A stretch of 64,000 bases of DNA from Lingula anatina (Eukaryota > Animalia > Brachiopoda), in NCBI GenBank assembly GCA_051362555.1, contig CM120640.1, positions 22,430,225 to 22,494,224 on the forward strand, in the 5' to 3' direction. The notes under the pieces were generated by a model. The model was not told the origin of the DNA and did not search any database. It saw nothing but the letters and a program-made list of their open reading frames with translations. The translations under genes and the position numbers were made by a program. Positions 24,201-35,680 of the stretch are shown in pieces (position 1 is the first letter of the stretch; each line of letters opens with the position of its first letter).

Positions 24201-27200
24201 GGGATACTGATGCCGACACTGATGAGGAAATAGAGAAGGATATGCAACAGAGTGATGGTGACTTCATTCCTCTAGGTGGAAAAGAAGACATGATAATGAC
24301 CAAGGAACGGATTAAAGTGACACTGAAGAAAGGCCAGCTTGCAGAAGAACAAGTAATAACGGACTTATTAGATTCTTATTTAATGTGTGACAAGTTGTAA
24401 TTTACTCATATCTCTGAAAAGTGACAAACTAAGTACTTTATTAATATATACCTAATACATGTTAGAATTTGATTCTTCCAGGTGGATGTTATTGTAAACA
24501 CTACACAGACAAATCTTGACTTGAGCAAAGGAGCTTTGTCCAGGGTTCTGCTCGAAAAGGCAGGAGATGAATTGCAATCTGAGCTATCAAGGAAAAGACA
24601 AATCAAACATGGAGAAATAATTTGCACACAAGGCTACAAACTGCCTTGTCTTGAAGTCTATCATTGTGCTTGTGTTAAATGGGATGAGGACAAGGGTGAT
24701 TCAGATAAAGTAAGATTTGATAAAAAAGTATTTCAGAAATATTTGTAATGATTTAAAAAGTAAAGGTAATACTGCTCCACCTAATGTTTTGATCTTGCAC
24801 AGCACTTTGTGTACGTACAAAAGCAGTTCAACTGTAAAATTGATAATAAATTGACTACATAGACTTTTGATCATAAAGAAATATGAATGAAAAATAGTCA
24901 TTAAATATAGTTATTGTTGAATAGTTCTACTTGGTTTAATGGAAATTTAAAAAATGAGAACTTACCTCTAATTAACTTTTAGGTTTTGAGAAGCATTGTA
25001 AGGGGCTGCTTAGAAAATGCACATAAAAGTGGTGACCATAGTTCTATTGCCTTCCCTTCTGTTGGCACTGGAGGCCTGGGTTTCCCTGCAGAGCTGGTTG
25101 CGGGGGCTTTGTTTGATGAAGTGAAACAATTTGGCATGCGAAACCCCAATACAAAGATTAAAGATGTTCGTTTGGTTGTTTTTGAGAAGGATGTCCAGAC
25201 AGTGCATGTGAGTTTATCTTACAATCATTTATGATTTTTAGATGTAACAAGTTTTTTTCATAAAGAATTCCTTTGTTCTTTAATCAAATAATGGACTTCA
25301 AATTGTGAAATATACCACAATGTATGTATAACACAACTTTGTCTCAAATCATGTACACTATCAATGTCATGATAACCTGCTACTGTGGTTTAATCAATTT
25401 TGCTTTACTTTTTGTTAGGATTTTGAAGCTGAAATGCAACGTTTGAAAGATGGGGGTAAAACAAGAGAGCCAAATGTCTCTAAATCATATTTCTTTGGTT
25501 GGTTCTCAAAATCACCAAGCAAAAAAGATGAGGAAGGAGATTCCAGTAAGCCTGGTCAGTATGAGAGTGTTCTTTTTTTTCTTTTTGCCTACACTGTTAA
25601 ATTTGTCTGTATGCCAAAATCTGCAAAACTGTTCTGCAAAATATGCCCCTTTGATTTATTTATTGATTATATATTTGATCTATGGTATCACATAATATTA
25701 TTTTACTAAACTACATGTAGCTAAATACTTTGAAGTCAGCAACTCTAAAAATACTGAATATTTAAAATAATGACAAATTAAGATGTATAAAAAAATATTG
25801 TAAACATTTAATTGCGTATGTATGTACATGTAATCAGCTTAATGTTTTTCACCATTTATCAGCTTCCATATTCAGCAACTTTAGTCAGAACAGCAGAGGT
25901 TATTGTCAAATGAGGGTTGGAAAGATAAAAGTTCAGGTTCAACAGGGTGACTTAACAAAAGAAGATGTGGATGTTGTCGTTAATAGTACCAATGACAAAC
26001 TTAATTTGGATGCTGGTGAGTGTAAGGTTGACAGTTTTACTGAATAACATAGGTACAGAAAATTAAAAAAAAAAAACATTTCAAACACTGTATTTTTTGT
26101 TGATTTTTTTAAACAAATTTTATGATTTTTGGTAATAAACATAAAGTGTTCTTTTTAACAAAAAAAAAGCACTGAATCAAAACTTCTGAATCATCTTTTT
26201 AAGGCATACCTAGTAAATACTGTTTTGGGAGATAAATAAATTTGTTCAAAATTACTGTATCTGATACATTTAATTACTTCTGCTATCTAGAATAATCCTC
26301 CATTTAATGGCTCTTAAAGGTAACTAGAAAAGCACCCTGAGAGCACAGACATAGGCCAAGGCAGTAAAGTCTCCACCCAATGCCGTTTCACCCCTAAATT
26401 TTCATTCAATGATTTAGTTTTTTGATTATTGATTGATTAATGATCCGGATCACCATCAAAAACTAATCATCTTTTCCTTGGTCCACTTCTGACAGTTCCT
26501 GAAAATTTCATCAAAATGGGTCCAAATCTTTTTCTGTAATGTTGCTAACAGACAGATAGACAGCCAGACAAACTAACGAATCCAAAAACATCTCCTTGGC
26601 GGAGGCAATTATACTGTGGACATATATGTCCTTGCTTTTTTTTCAACAATGGACTTTATTGTTTTGATTAATGAGTCTTAATATATATAATATATGTATA
26701 ATTAATGTTTACTTTTAGGTGGTGTTTCCAAAGCAATCAAGAAAGCTGGAGGCAAAGAAGTAGAGGATGCGTGTAAAAAAGCTGGTATGAGTAGTTCAGT
26801 TTTGAAAAGTTTAACAATGGTTTACACGGGATGAGTAGATGACAAATATGTAGTCAATAGTGAAAGTAAGTTTGATAAGATTTGTTATCATTTGTTATAG
26901 ATTATTGAGAAAGTATTCTTGCATTGAAAAAATGGTAATACATGATATGTCAGCAAAAGAAAATGAAATTTTACATCATCAGATTCATCAAATTTGATAC
27001 GACACACCACTTAACTTTTTTGTGCTTTGATACTTCAGGCCAAACAACTGATGGTTTTGCACTCACAACAGCAGGAAGAATGAAATGTAAGAGTATTATA
27101 CACATGGATGGGAGACATTTCCATCAAAACTGGAGGAAGGCTGTCTGTGGCTGCTTGGCTTTGGCGGAAAACAAGAAGTTCAAGACTGTAGCCGTGCCAG

Positions 27201-30200
27201 CTTTTGGAACTGGTAAGTTCTGTAAGAAGTGCAAAAATATTTTATGATATATTTTATTTGGAGGAATTAAAAACAAAAACTCCAGCTCTGAACAATCCAT
27301 AATGAGTGGTATGGCAAGTTAGTAGTGCAGTAATACATATAATTTCAAAAGCTTTTTCATGGACTATATACTAGCTATTATAGGCAATTCCTGATAAGTA
27401 TCAAGCAAAACAATCTGAACCAAAGGTAACAACAATAATTTAAAAACAGTTACAAGTATAGGAATATAGTTATCCCCAGTAAGATATGCAAGTAAAGGAG
27501 GGTAAACAACTCTGAACATGTCCATTTTAGGTGCTATGCATCACAGTCCCCAAGCAATTGCAGATAGCATGCTGGATGGTATTGCAGACTTCTTTTCCCG
27601 ACATAAACCCAGATTTGTGGAGCTAGTCCGCATTACTCTCCACCAGGTGGAACTTCTTGAAGTGTTCCAAGATTCTATGAAGACGAAACTTAGTGGTAAC
27701 AGTAGAAGGCAAGAGCAAAATGAGAAAGGAGGTATACCAATAGGAGAGTTGAATATTATATTATATGAAGTTCATTTTATGTGCTGCATAGCATTACATG
27801 AAGTGCAAAAATATGAGGTATTATGGTTCAAAATTATTTTGTTTTCAAGAAGAAAGTGCTTACAAATAACATGAATGATTGTGTAACTTGTCGTCCAGAC
27901 ACCCTTTAAAATTTGAATTGATCACAACACTTGCAATTAACTGAAGGAAGGCATACAGACTGAGTTTATTTAAATGAAATTGATGTGATTTTCAATATAA
28001 TGATCAGCTTTCAGTAGAAAGTATTCTCTTTTTAGGCACCAAGTTCCAGAGAAAAAGAACAATGGCATTATCACTTGATATTTATTACACAAGAAGAGAT
28101 GATTTGAACAATTTCAAAGATGAAATTAAAAAATTGGCAGAAAAAGAGATACTTACAAAGCCCATTGAGAATGATAACATTGGAAAACTTTCTGGAGACC
28201 AGGTAGAATAGTTGAGTCATATAAAATTATACTAATATATACCTGTTTAAAATACAGGTGCACTAAAGCCATTTTAAAAGTTAAATTTCATTTTAATCAA
28301 AGGCATTTAAAAATATTTCATCTCAGTATACGTATCTGTTTTTGTGTTATTTTCATTATGTAATTCAATTTTTAGGTTTTAAAAATGTTGGCTTTGTAGA
28401 CACTGTATTTTTCAAAAAACTTATGTGATATCTGTTAAAACAGACTAGTATATGAATTTGTTGCATTTTTTCAGATTCTTTTGACCTGAAGAATATTGTT
28501 TTCAAAATGGTAAAGTAGATCTGGAACCTGATGTGTATCTTTATGTTCATCAGTAAATACCACACAGCCTATTTGCATCCTGGAGATACACGTGTGCTGT
28601 CACCAACTCAGTATTAATACTGGCAATTGGTTGCACATTTCTCAGCTTCAGCTGTATGAATATATAAATTTTTGGATGAATTTCCTTGATGTGCCACATG
28701 TTTCTTCTTTTATTTTTAGATGAAAAAGATAACAGATGTAGCTAAAGATGCTGCTGTGGAGGTAATTGATGAGCGTTCTCGTAGCAAAGTAATGAAGCTC
28801 AGAGGTAGACCTTCTGATGTCCTTAAAGTCCAAGATGTGGTGCAGAAGATGCTTGATGAAATCGCAAAAAAACAAAACCAGAAAGTGATTAATGCTGCAA
28901 AATTGAAAGACATCCAGTGGACCTTCTTCTATAAGGACAAAGAATATAGCTACAACCCATTTAGAAATGCAGAAATTGAAGAAGCTTATAAGAAAAAGAA
29001 ACCAGAGTATGAATATTCAGATAAAGGAAGAAGGTTCAAACTAGATTTTAGTAACATGCAAGTCTGCTGCCAAGGTGGAAAGAGTGAGATTGTTACAAGA
29101 AAGGATTTGAAAGGTATTGCATTCCATAAAATGTTTTCTTTAAGGATGCATTTTCAGTTTTATTAAAAGGTTTTCATTCACTTATTTATATTACAACCCT
29201 ATGTAACAGTTTTCAGTCAAAAGAGACTCTCTCTGTTTCTGTATCAATTAATTTATTCATTCAGCTAGTGGGAACTTTGCTCTGCCACGTCATTGGAGTC
29301 CCATGCCAAAAGATACCAGTGTCCTTCTTGTTCCCCTGAACTCCTCCTCACCAGAGTATCAAGAGGTGGAAAAGAATTTCAAGGCCACTGGGAATGGAGT
29401 ATCTCCTCAGAAAGTAGGTCTCATAACAAATAAACATGAAGTTATATATATATATATATAGAGAGAGAACCAATTCCTAAATAATCTTGACCAATTCCGC
29501 CACTTTCTTTAGGATGAATGGGACAATATCCCACATAACAGAATTGTTACCCATGTTGAAGTCTTGTCGCGCCATCTACAGGATATAATTGCAGTACGCA
29601 GTAGACGCACACGCTGTTAGACACGTGACCTTTAACAAGCACACCCTAATGCTAATTGTGTGTGACATTTGATGGTGTCTTTTCAATTTTATAGACATTT
29701 CTTTACATCTGTAGAAGTCACAGTGAAACAGTCGATTTGAGGGGGTATCTCTTATAAATTTTACTAAATGGTATAAAATATGTATATTTTTACCACTATT
29801 TTGTATTTTTTAAACCATTAATCACGTTAGACACTCTATCCGTAATAAAAAGCACTATTTCTAACAATTTACGGCTGTAAGGTTATCATTTGTAAATAAA
29901 AGTACATGGAAATGGGGGTGGGACAACCTTTTTGACCAATGCTATTAACCCATTGTAGCCCTCGTCATCAAAACAAACGGCAGCCATACTGGAGGGAGAC
30001 CGGAATCGTCTGCTGCGCATGATCATGTCTACATGTACAATTTAGCATTTAATTTCTGTGTTTTCTTTGATATTAAACCGAGTAAAATGATGAATTACTG
30101 CAGGGTATATGATAGAGAGAAGATAAATAACTTAACAAGCGTTCACAGACTGCCTGCAGTGGTAACAATCCAAGGTGTAGGGACGAAAACCGTAAACGGA

Positions 30201-30920
30201 GGAGAGACTGAGGAGTGGCTTTGAATCAAGACTCATCGGACAAGTAAAGGATAAAACTAATTTATTTTACAGCAAAGAATGAAGAACCAGCTGTGCAGCC
30301 TTTACCATAAAAGAAAAAAAAAGTAGAAAACCAATGACCGAGGTGTATAAGATATGAGCACACGTACACTGCATATTAGTAGTGCCCAAAAAGTCTTGGT
30401 GGAGAGTGTGTTGTAAAAACGTGTGGAAATACCCAGGCAGGGTTTCGACTTTCATTATGAAGACTCACTTATTGCCTTGGGTGTAATTTGTTATCAGTTA
30501 TGGTGCTCTTTGGATTTTATCTGCTGTCATCTACCTCTTTAATACCTGGTTAGCATTATTGTCAATTAGTGTCAAGGCTACAGTACAATGTACACAGCTC
30601 AGCTGGGCCAATTAAATCAATTACCTGTGTCATGTGTATTTGGAAGTTAGTGGCTTGATTTTAGATTTAGTGTAGTGTTAAGAGTAAATCTGTTTTGTTA
30701 GTATATATTCTAGCTCAGGTACCATTTAATTGAATGAACTTATGAAATGAATTTGAAAAATGTTGAATTCTGTGTTTTCCTACTGTATTATGATGCAAGT
30801 TACTATATGAATAAAAATAACTATAGTTACCTTTTTTTGTTAATTTACATTTAGGAAATTGATCTGACATTTTCCCACCAAGCCACACTGAATGATTGGG
30901 TGCAAATAAATCTTGGTTAT

Positions 30921-30953
<33 letters not shown>

Positions 30954-32483
30954 TGACAGGTACAAAAGGCAGCTAGATGGCACACAAGGTAGAAGCAGCG
31001 AAAAAATATTCTCATATCTTTGTGACCAGCTGAGGAGACAGGATCTGAACATCAGGAGAGTGAAATTCAGTGCATGACAGGAGTTATTTAATTGGATTTG
31101 TTTATTTATTTAATTGTTCATTTGTTGTTTTAAAGTTGTTATCCTGATAGCTTGCATACAACAAGGACAGGTTTTATATTTATTTAGAATTTTGAGCAGA
31201 AGCACAAGAAGAAATGAAAACACTTTTTTCTTTCTCATATTTTTAAAGGCTAAATGGAAAAGTTTGCAAGAAATATAAAATTTTGTATGGTGCACCTCCC
31301 ACAGATGGTCTGATATGCAGAAACAGATGGCTGTTGTACATGTAGGTTGTGCATTTTTAAATTGTGACCACCAGTTGTGGAATTCTCCTAAATAAAATTA
31401 CAAACTGCTTAGTAACACCATCTAAGGCCTTATATGTCCATACCCACACAGCACATATCAATTGTGAGTCTTCAATCAAGCATTTCTCTAGACATAGATT
31501 AAAAATATACTAAACAGGTTTCTCAAATCATGGTGGCTTGATTCGACTTAATATGCTCATGTACATGTTGCATTGCATCATTAAAAGTATGGAAATATTT
31601 TTCATGTCAGTGTTATCAACCAAAAGGAAAGGGACCCTGATAATCTGTCATTGAATTGTGCAACAATGTTTTGCATTTCATGTTTACTTTTATCCATACA
31701 AAATGTGCATTTTCCTATATTTTCAATCAAATAAAGATCAATTCATGAACTGACTTGTTGTTATGTTACATTGAATGTCATAAGTTTGAAAAATACATTG
31801 CTTCTGTGAAGGTCTGGACTAATAATAAAATGCTAACAATGTTGCTACTGTGAATGGTTGAATTCATGGTAAAATATTGAACTCTCAAACAACAGTCATG
31901 TTTCAAATACTTCCTAATGAACCAAAATGAAGCACAAGAATGCTGAAATAATTTCTGACAGCTTCATGATGTACAGTTAAATCATATCTGACAGCAATAT
32001 TTCTTGTCACAACCCTGCATACTCTCTTCTTTGAGTCCGTAAGGGTTGATCCCGATAGTCAGCTCAAATTTCTCCTTATATCTATCCTTTATGTACAAAG
32101 TTGCTTCTATGAAAGGTTGAACTTATGATTACACAGTAAACTCTCTAAAACTATAACTTTTATTACCCAATGAACAAGAAAAATGAAGTACAAGATAACT
32201 GAACTAGCTTCTGACAACATTCCACGATGTTGGGATACAGGGGTAGGTCAGGATTTCACGTCTTTGGACTGTCTTGAGTTTATATGGGTCAATCACGCTG
32301 ATCAGCTGAAGTTTTCACATGTATATACTATTTTCCTTTTGGTGTACTTGATCACGATATGAAGATTATTTCATTTTATTTGGTTCACCTATGTTTACGC
32401 TACTATTCCCCGTCGTTCTTTCCCTCCAGAATGGCCGCTGGATGAGTGTTACGGAGCAAATATGACGTCACTGTAATGGGTTA

Positions 32484-32525
<42 letters not shown>

Positions 32526-35500
32526 TTAATCATTACATAGTAATGCATGAAAAACAAACTTACTTTGTGCACTGCAACCACAAACCCTTTGAAAGGAAAA
32601 CTGTTACTTATCATTTTGTAACTTAGAAGAATGATTCTTAGGATTGACACATACCTCGAATTGGAAAACCAGCTTCTCTTGAAGTAATGTATTTTTCAGC
32701 ATTGTCGCTGGCGGTACCCATGGTTTTAGTCCCGACCCGTATGTTCCGCCGGCTCCACCGCCAAGTCACCGTTACCGCTTCTCCTCCTAGACAGTAAGGG
32801 CCCCTGTACCCATCTCTTGGATTTAGGTCACCTATAATCTCAACTCGTTCCACGTAAAATTTGGGCTTTGCCGGTATTGGGGTCTGGGTGTGGCACTCAT
32901 TGCAATGCACCCTTGTCCAAAAATGGCAAAATTAAATGCTAATTATCTACCCTACGGAAGGGGTTATGGGAAAAATTTCTACAGACGGCTTTCCAAAAGT
33001 CATATGTGTAGATTTCAAATATGCCCTTGGATTTGACCTTTGACCTTTACTTCAAGGTGAAACGGGCCAAAATTTTCAAAAAAATAAATTTTTTTATGAA
33101 AAAAATTTTTTTGCCCTGTTATTCAGACACCACACAGACTTAACCAATAATATTATTGGAAAGTGTTACCCTTTAGGTCATCTTTCATCTCCGTGAATTT
33201 GGGGTCAATCAGTGCATTTTCACTGGAGTAGCAGCCATAAGATGCCGAAACTGAAAACTGTCTCTAATTCGAAAACCGCTAGAGACCCATTCTTTTTTGC
33301 TTTTTGTAGAGCATGTAAAGCCCAACACTGGAGGTGGTCTCCGTTTTTTTGTATTTCAAACGGTTTTTGAGTTACGCTATCAAAAAGTGCATATTGGTGG
33401 TGAAAGCAAAATGTGCAGTACGGTATAGTTAGGTGGCTAAGTCCAAATTTTATCCAGAATTGTGCAATAGATGATAAAAGCATGAAACTTTCCACGATGA
33501 ATGACCATTGGGTGTTCGTCTATTTTGGATCAGGGGGTTGACAAACACCCAATGGTCATTCATCGTGGAAAATTTCATGCTTTTATCATCTTTTGCACAA
33601 TTCTGGATAAAATTTGGACTACTTTTCACCATGAACTAAACTTTGCATATTTTGCTTCCCTTTTTTCTCCAAAACTGGCAGAGATAGGTCCATAGTTACT
33701 ATTGGACTTGAATAGGAAGTCATATACTGACAATCTAAACGTGACCTTGAGATTGACCTTCTTTTCACCATGAACTGAACTTTGCAAATTTCGCTTCCCT
33801 TTTATCTCCCAAACTGGCAGAGATAGGTCCAAAGTTACTATTGAAGTTGAATAGGAAGTCATATACTGGCAATCTTAATGTGACCTTGAAATTGACCTTT
33901 GACCTACTTTTCACCATGAACTGAACTTTGCAAATTTTGCTTCCCTTTTATCTCCAAAACTGGCAGAGATAGGTCCATAGTTACTATTGAAGTTGAATAG
34001 GAAGTCATATACTGGCAATCTAAATGTGACCTTGAAATTGACCTTTGACCTACTATTCACCATGAACTGACATTTGCAAAATTTGCTTCCCTTTTATCTC
34101 CAAAACTGGCAGAGATAGGTCCATAGTTACTATTGAACTTGAATAGGAAGTCCTATACTGGCAATCTAAGTGTGACCTTAAAATTGACCTTTAACCTACT
34201 TATTATCATGAACTGAACTCTGCTCATTTCTTTCTTTTTTAACTTCAAACTTGACAGAGATAGGTCCATAGTTACTCTTGAACTTGAATAGGAAGTCATA
34301 TACTGACAATTTACTGTGACCTTGAAATTGACCCTTGACGTACCTTATGAAGAACTTAAATTTGATTGTACCATATATATTTTTTGCAATAGTTTAAAAA
34401 TTCTTGTTGATTGCATTTTTACAGCTTGTCAAGCACAAAACTGGTGGCTGTGTCCCTTATTTTGTGTATGTGGGGGTCTATACGAATGCGCTTGCTCCAG
34501 CTGGTTGTACAATATTCGGAGGCGGTATCGCCTCTCTAATCCTCTAGTTATACATGTACTTTATGCAATAGAAACACCACATGGAAAAAATATTCCTAAC
34601 ATCTATGTTTCATGTTGTGCATAATTCATATTTGGCATTGACATTGCTGCTAAGCATTGTTTTATTGCACTTAAATTGGAAAAATTACCTTCTTTTGTGG
34701 ATCTTTCTTTTCTGCTCTTAGTCTGTACGTTTGACAACTTCACTGCCTTGTTAATTTTTTACCTGCTTAGCCTTTTATTGCCAAATATATCATATGTGTG
34801 CTGGCTGCTGTGCTTGACCTGTCCAGTTCAGTAGTGGCTAAAATTACCAATCATCCACATTTTTAAATTTTTTTTTATTATTATTTATTTTTTTGCTATG
34901 ATTACTAAATATATTATATAAATTGCACATTTCCCATGTAGATTGAGCGCATCCAGAATCCAAAACTTTACCTGCCTTACATAGCCAAGAGAGAGGAGAT
35001 GAAGAAGAGGTTACCTGGAAAAGTTATTGAACACATATGCTATCATGGAACAGATAACAACAGTACACAGTTTATCAACCATAATGGTTTTAACAGAAGT
35101 TACTGTGGAAAGAATGGTAGAATAAAATTATACAGCAATTCATTTAACTTGCCAAGAAAAATTAATAAGCGATAAGTAAATGCACGAATCTAAAGATAAA
35201 CACCTTAATTTCAAACATTTTCAGATTAATTTCATCCAACATGTGTCATTTAATTGAGGTACACATTCTTTTTATTTTTTTTATTTTTTCAAAATGTTAA
35301 CTTGCATTACACTTTCCATTGAAAAATCTGTATGGGTTTTTTGTAAAGAATATATAATTATTTGATATAGATTTAACATGAAAATCCGATTTCAATTTGC
35401 TCCCTTTCTAGGTACAGCATTGGGAGCAGGCGTTTACTTTGCCACTCAGGCTGCAACTTCTATTGGATATGCCTCAGGTGGGACAGGATTAAGAATCATG

Positions 35501-35680
35501 TACCAAGCAAGAGTTCTCACTGGAGATTATACTGTGGGTAGTTCATCAATGAAGGTTGCTCCCAAGAAACCAGACAATGTCACAGATTATGACTCTGTTG
35601 TGAACGTTACTGGCAATCCGTCAGTTTTTGTCATTTTTCATGACAGTCAGGCTTACCCAGAGTACCAGATAACATTTTAG
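12219..35680 (+). CDS. PARP14: Protein mono-ADP-ribosyltransferase PARP14-like (macro-PARP), full length, 24 exons, ~2726 aa
   Basis: Phase-consistent exons: 12219-12405, 14708-14844, 15154-15699, 16011-17394, 17772-17981, 18298-18540, 18640-18915, 19670-19927, 20318-20560, 20836-22545, 23298-23792, 24198-24352, 24482-24709, 24983-25207, 25419-25554, 25863-26015, 26719-26784, 27039-27212, 27531-27731, 28036-28202, 28720-29113, 29265-29413, 34942-35116, 35412-35680 (8181 nt). Motifs: RRM-like YFES.KRSGGG repeats, KH-like array, three macrodomains (GDLT..DAVVN, HAVGP, PAISAGIFG), WWE, ART (LPRHW, [40 protein letters not shown]). Confidence 0.93.
12696..12907. promoter_or_regulatory. Intron-1 enhancer-like motif cluster (kappaB, E-box, CRE half-site)
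   Basis: Palindromic kappaB GGGAATTCCC 12765-12774, GTCACGTGAC 12749-12758, GTGACGT ~12696. The paralogous intron keeps GGAATTCCCC (~41929) and has GGGATTTTCC (~42050). Confidence 0.45.
13731..13898. mobile_element. hAT-like MITE in intron 1 of copy 1
   Basis: TIRs CAGGGGTGAATC / AGTCCGCCCCTG; absent at the paralogous site (~42805). Confidence 0.65.
14200..14556. mobile_element. Probable solo LTR in intron 1 of copy 1
   Basis: 357-bp insertion absent from copy 2, with TGTA...TACA termini and TAAA/TATA flanks. Confidence 0.45.
14900..16520 (+). repeat. Intragenic tandem duplication (intron plus exon, ~857-bp period) producing exon 3 and the 5' part of exon 4
   Basis: Exons at 15154 and 16011 both start ATCATGCCAGGAGCCCCTGATGCC and encode near-identical ~170 aa; the preceding introns are also homologous. 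Same arrangement in copy 2 (44139 and 44944). Confidence 0.92.
20836..22545 (+). CDS. PARP14: PARP14-like large exon 10: KH-like array and start of macrodomain 1
   Basis: ORF 20835-22670; the exon ends FKVRQGDLTKYHTDAVVNTANERLASGGGLDGAIKKAG at donor G/GTAAA. Confidence 0.9.
22697..23245. mobile_element. Long-TIR MITE, PIF/Harbinger (Tourist)-like, in intron 10
   Basis: ~145-bp near-perfect TIRs GAGCGCATTCTCAACGAATTGAGCCAGG... / ...CCTGGCTCAATTCGTTGAGAATGCGCTC; 3-bp duplication ATA/ATA. Confidence 0.85.
26322..26609 (-). mobile_element. Short Helentron-associated interspersed element (HINE/DINE-1-like)
   Basis: On the minus strand it starts ATTGCCTCCGCCAAGGAG, has a (TGTC)n-like microsatellite, an inverted subterminal copy CCTTGGCCTATG, a small stem GTGCTCTCAGGGTGC, and ends TTTTCTAGTT. 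Confidence 0.75.
29470..29945 (+). mobile_element. Degenerate Tc1/mariner transposase C-terminal remnant with 3' end
   Basis: ~29490-29620 translates DQFRHFL*DEWDNIPHNRIVTHVEVLSRHLQDIIAVRSRRTRC*, matching the Tc1 C-terminal pattern eeW..ip...i..li.sm.rR...vi.a.Gg.T.Y. Confidence 0.7.
29949..32480. mobile_element. piggyBac-like non-autonomous element (2.5 kb) in intron 22
   Basis: TTAA on both sides, termini CCCATTGTAG... / ...CTGTAATGGG, no transposase ORF. Confidence 0.65.
33440..33620. repeat. Long palindrome: 81-bp arms, 19-nt spacer
   Basis: 33440-33520 is the reverse complement of 33540-33620 with 3 mismatches. Confidence 0.92.
33620..34547 (+). mobile_element. Satellite-bearing Helitron/Helentron-like element (~5 x 146-bp units plus 3' terminus)
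   Basis: GGCAGAGATAGGTCC-like motif at 33677, 33816, 33962, 34108, ~34252; hairpin GAGGCG-GTAT-CGCCTC 34519-34534; CTAG end 34544-34547 then TT. Same family as 1-658. Confidence 0.75.
34942..35680 (+). CDS. PARP14: PARP14-like catalytic ART domain exons (34942-35116, 35412-35680)
   Basis: IERIQNPKLY...[37 protein letters not shown]...YQARVLTG...[30 protein letters not shown]. Confidence 0.93.

Noticed and set aside
33620-34330. Regularly spaced repeats resembling a CRISPR array
   Set aside because: Whole ~146-bp units repeat without unique spacers; eukaryotic intron with no cas genes.
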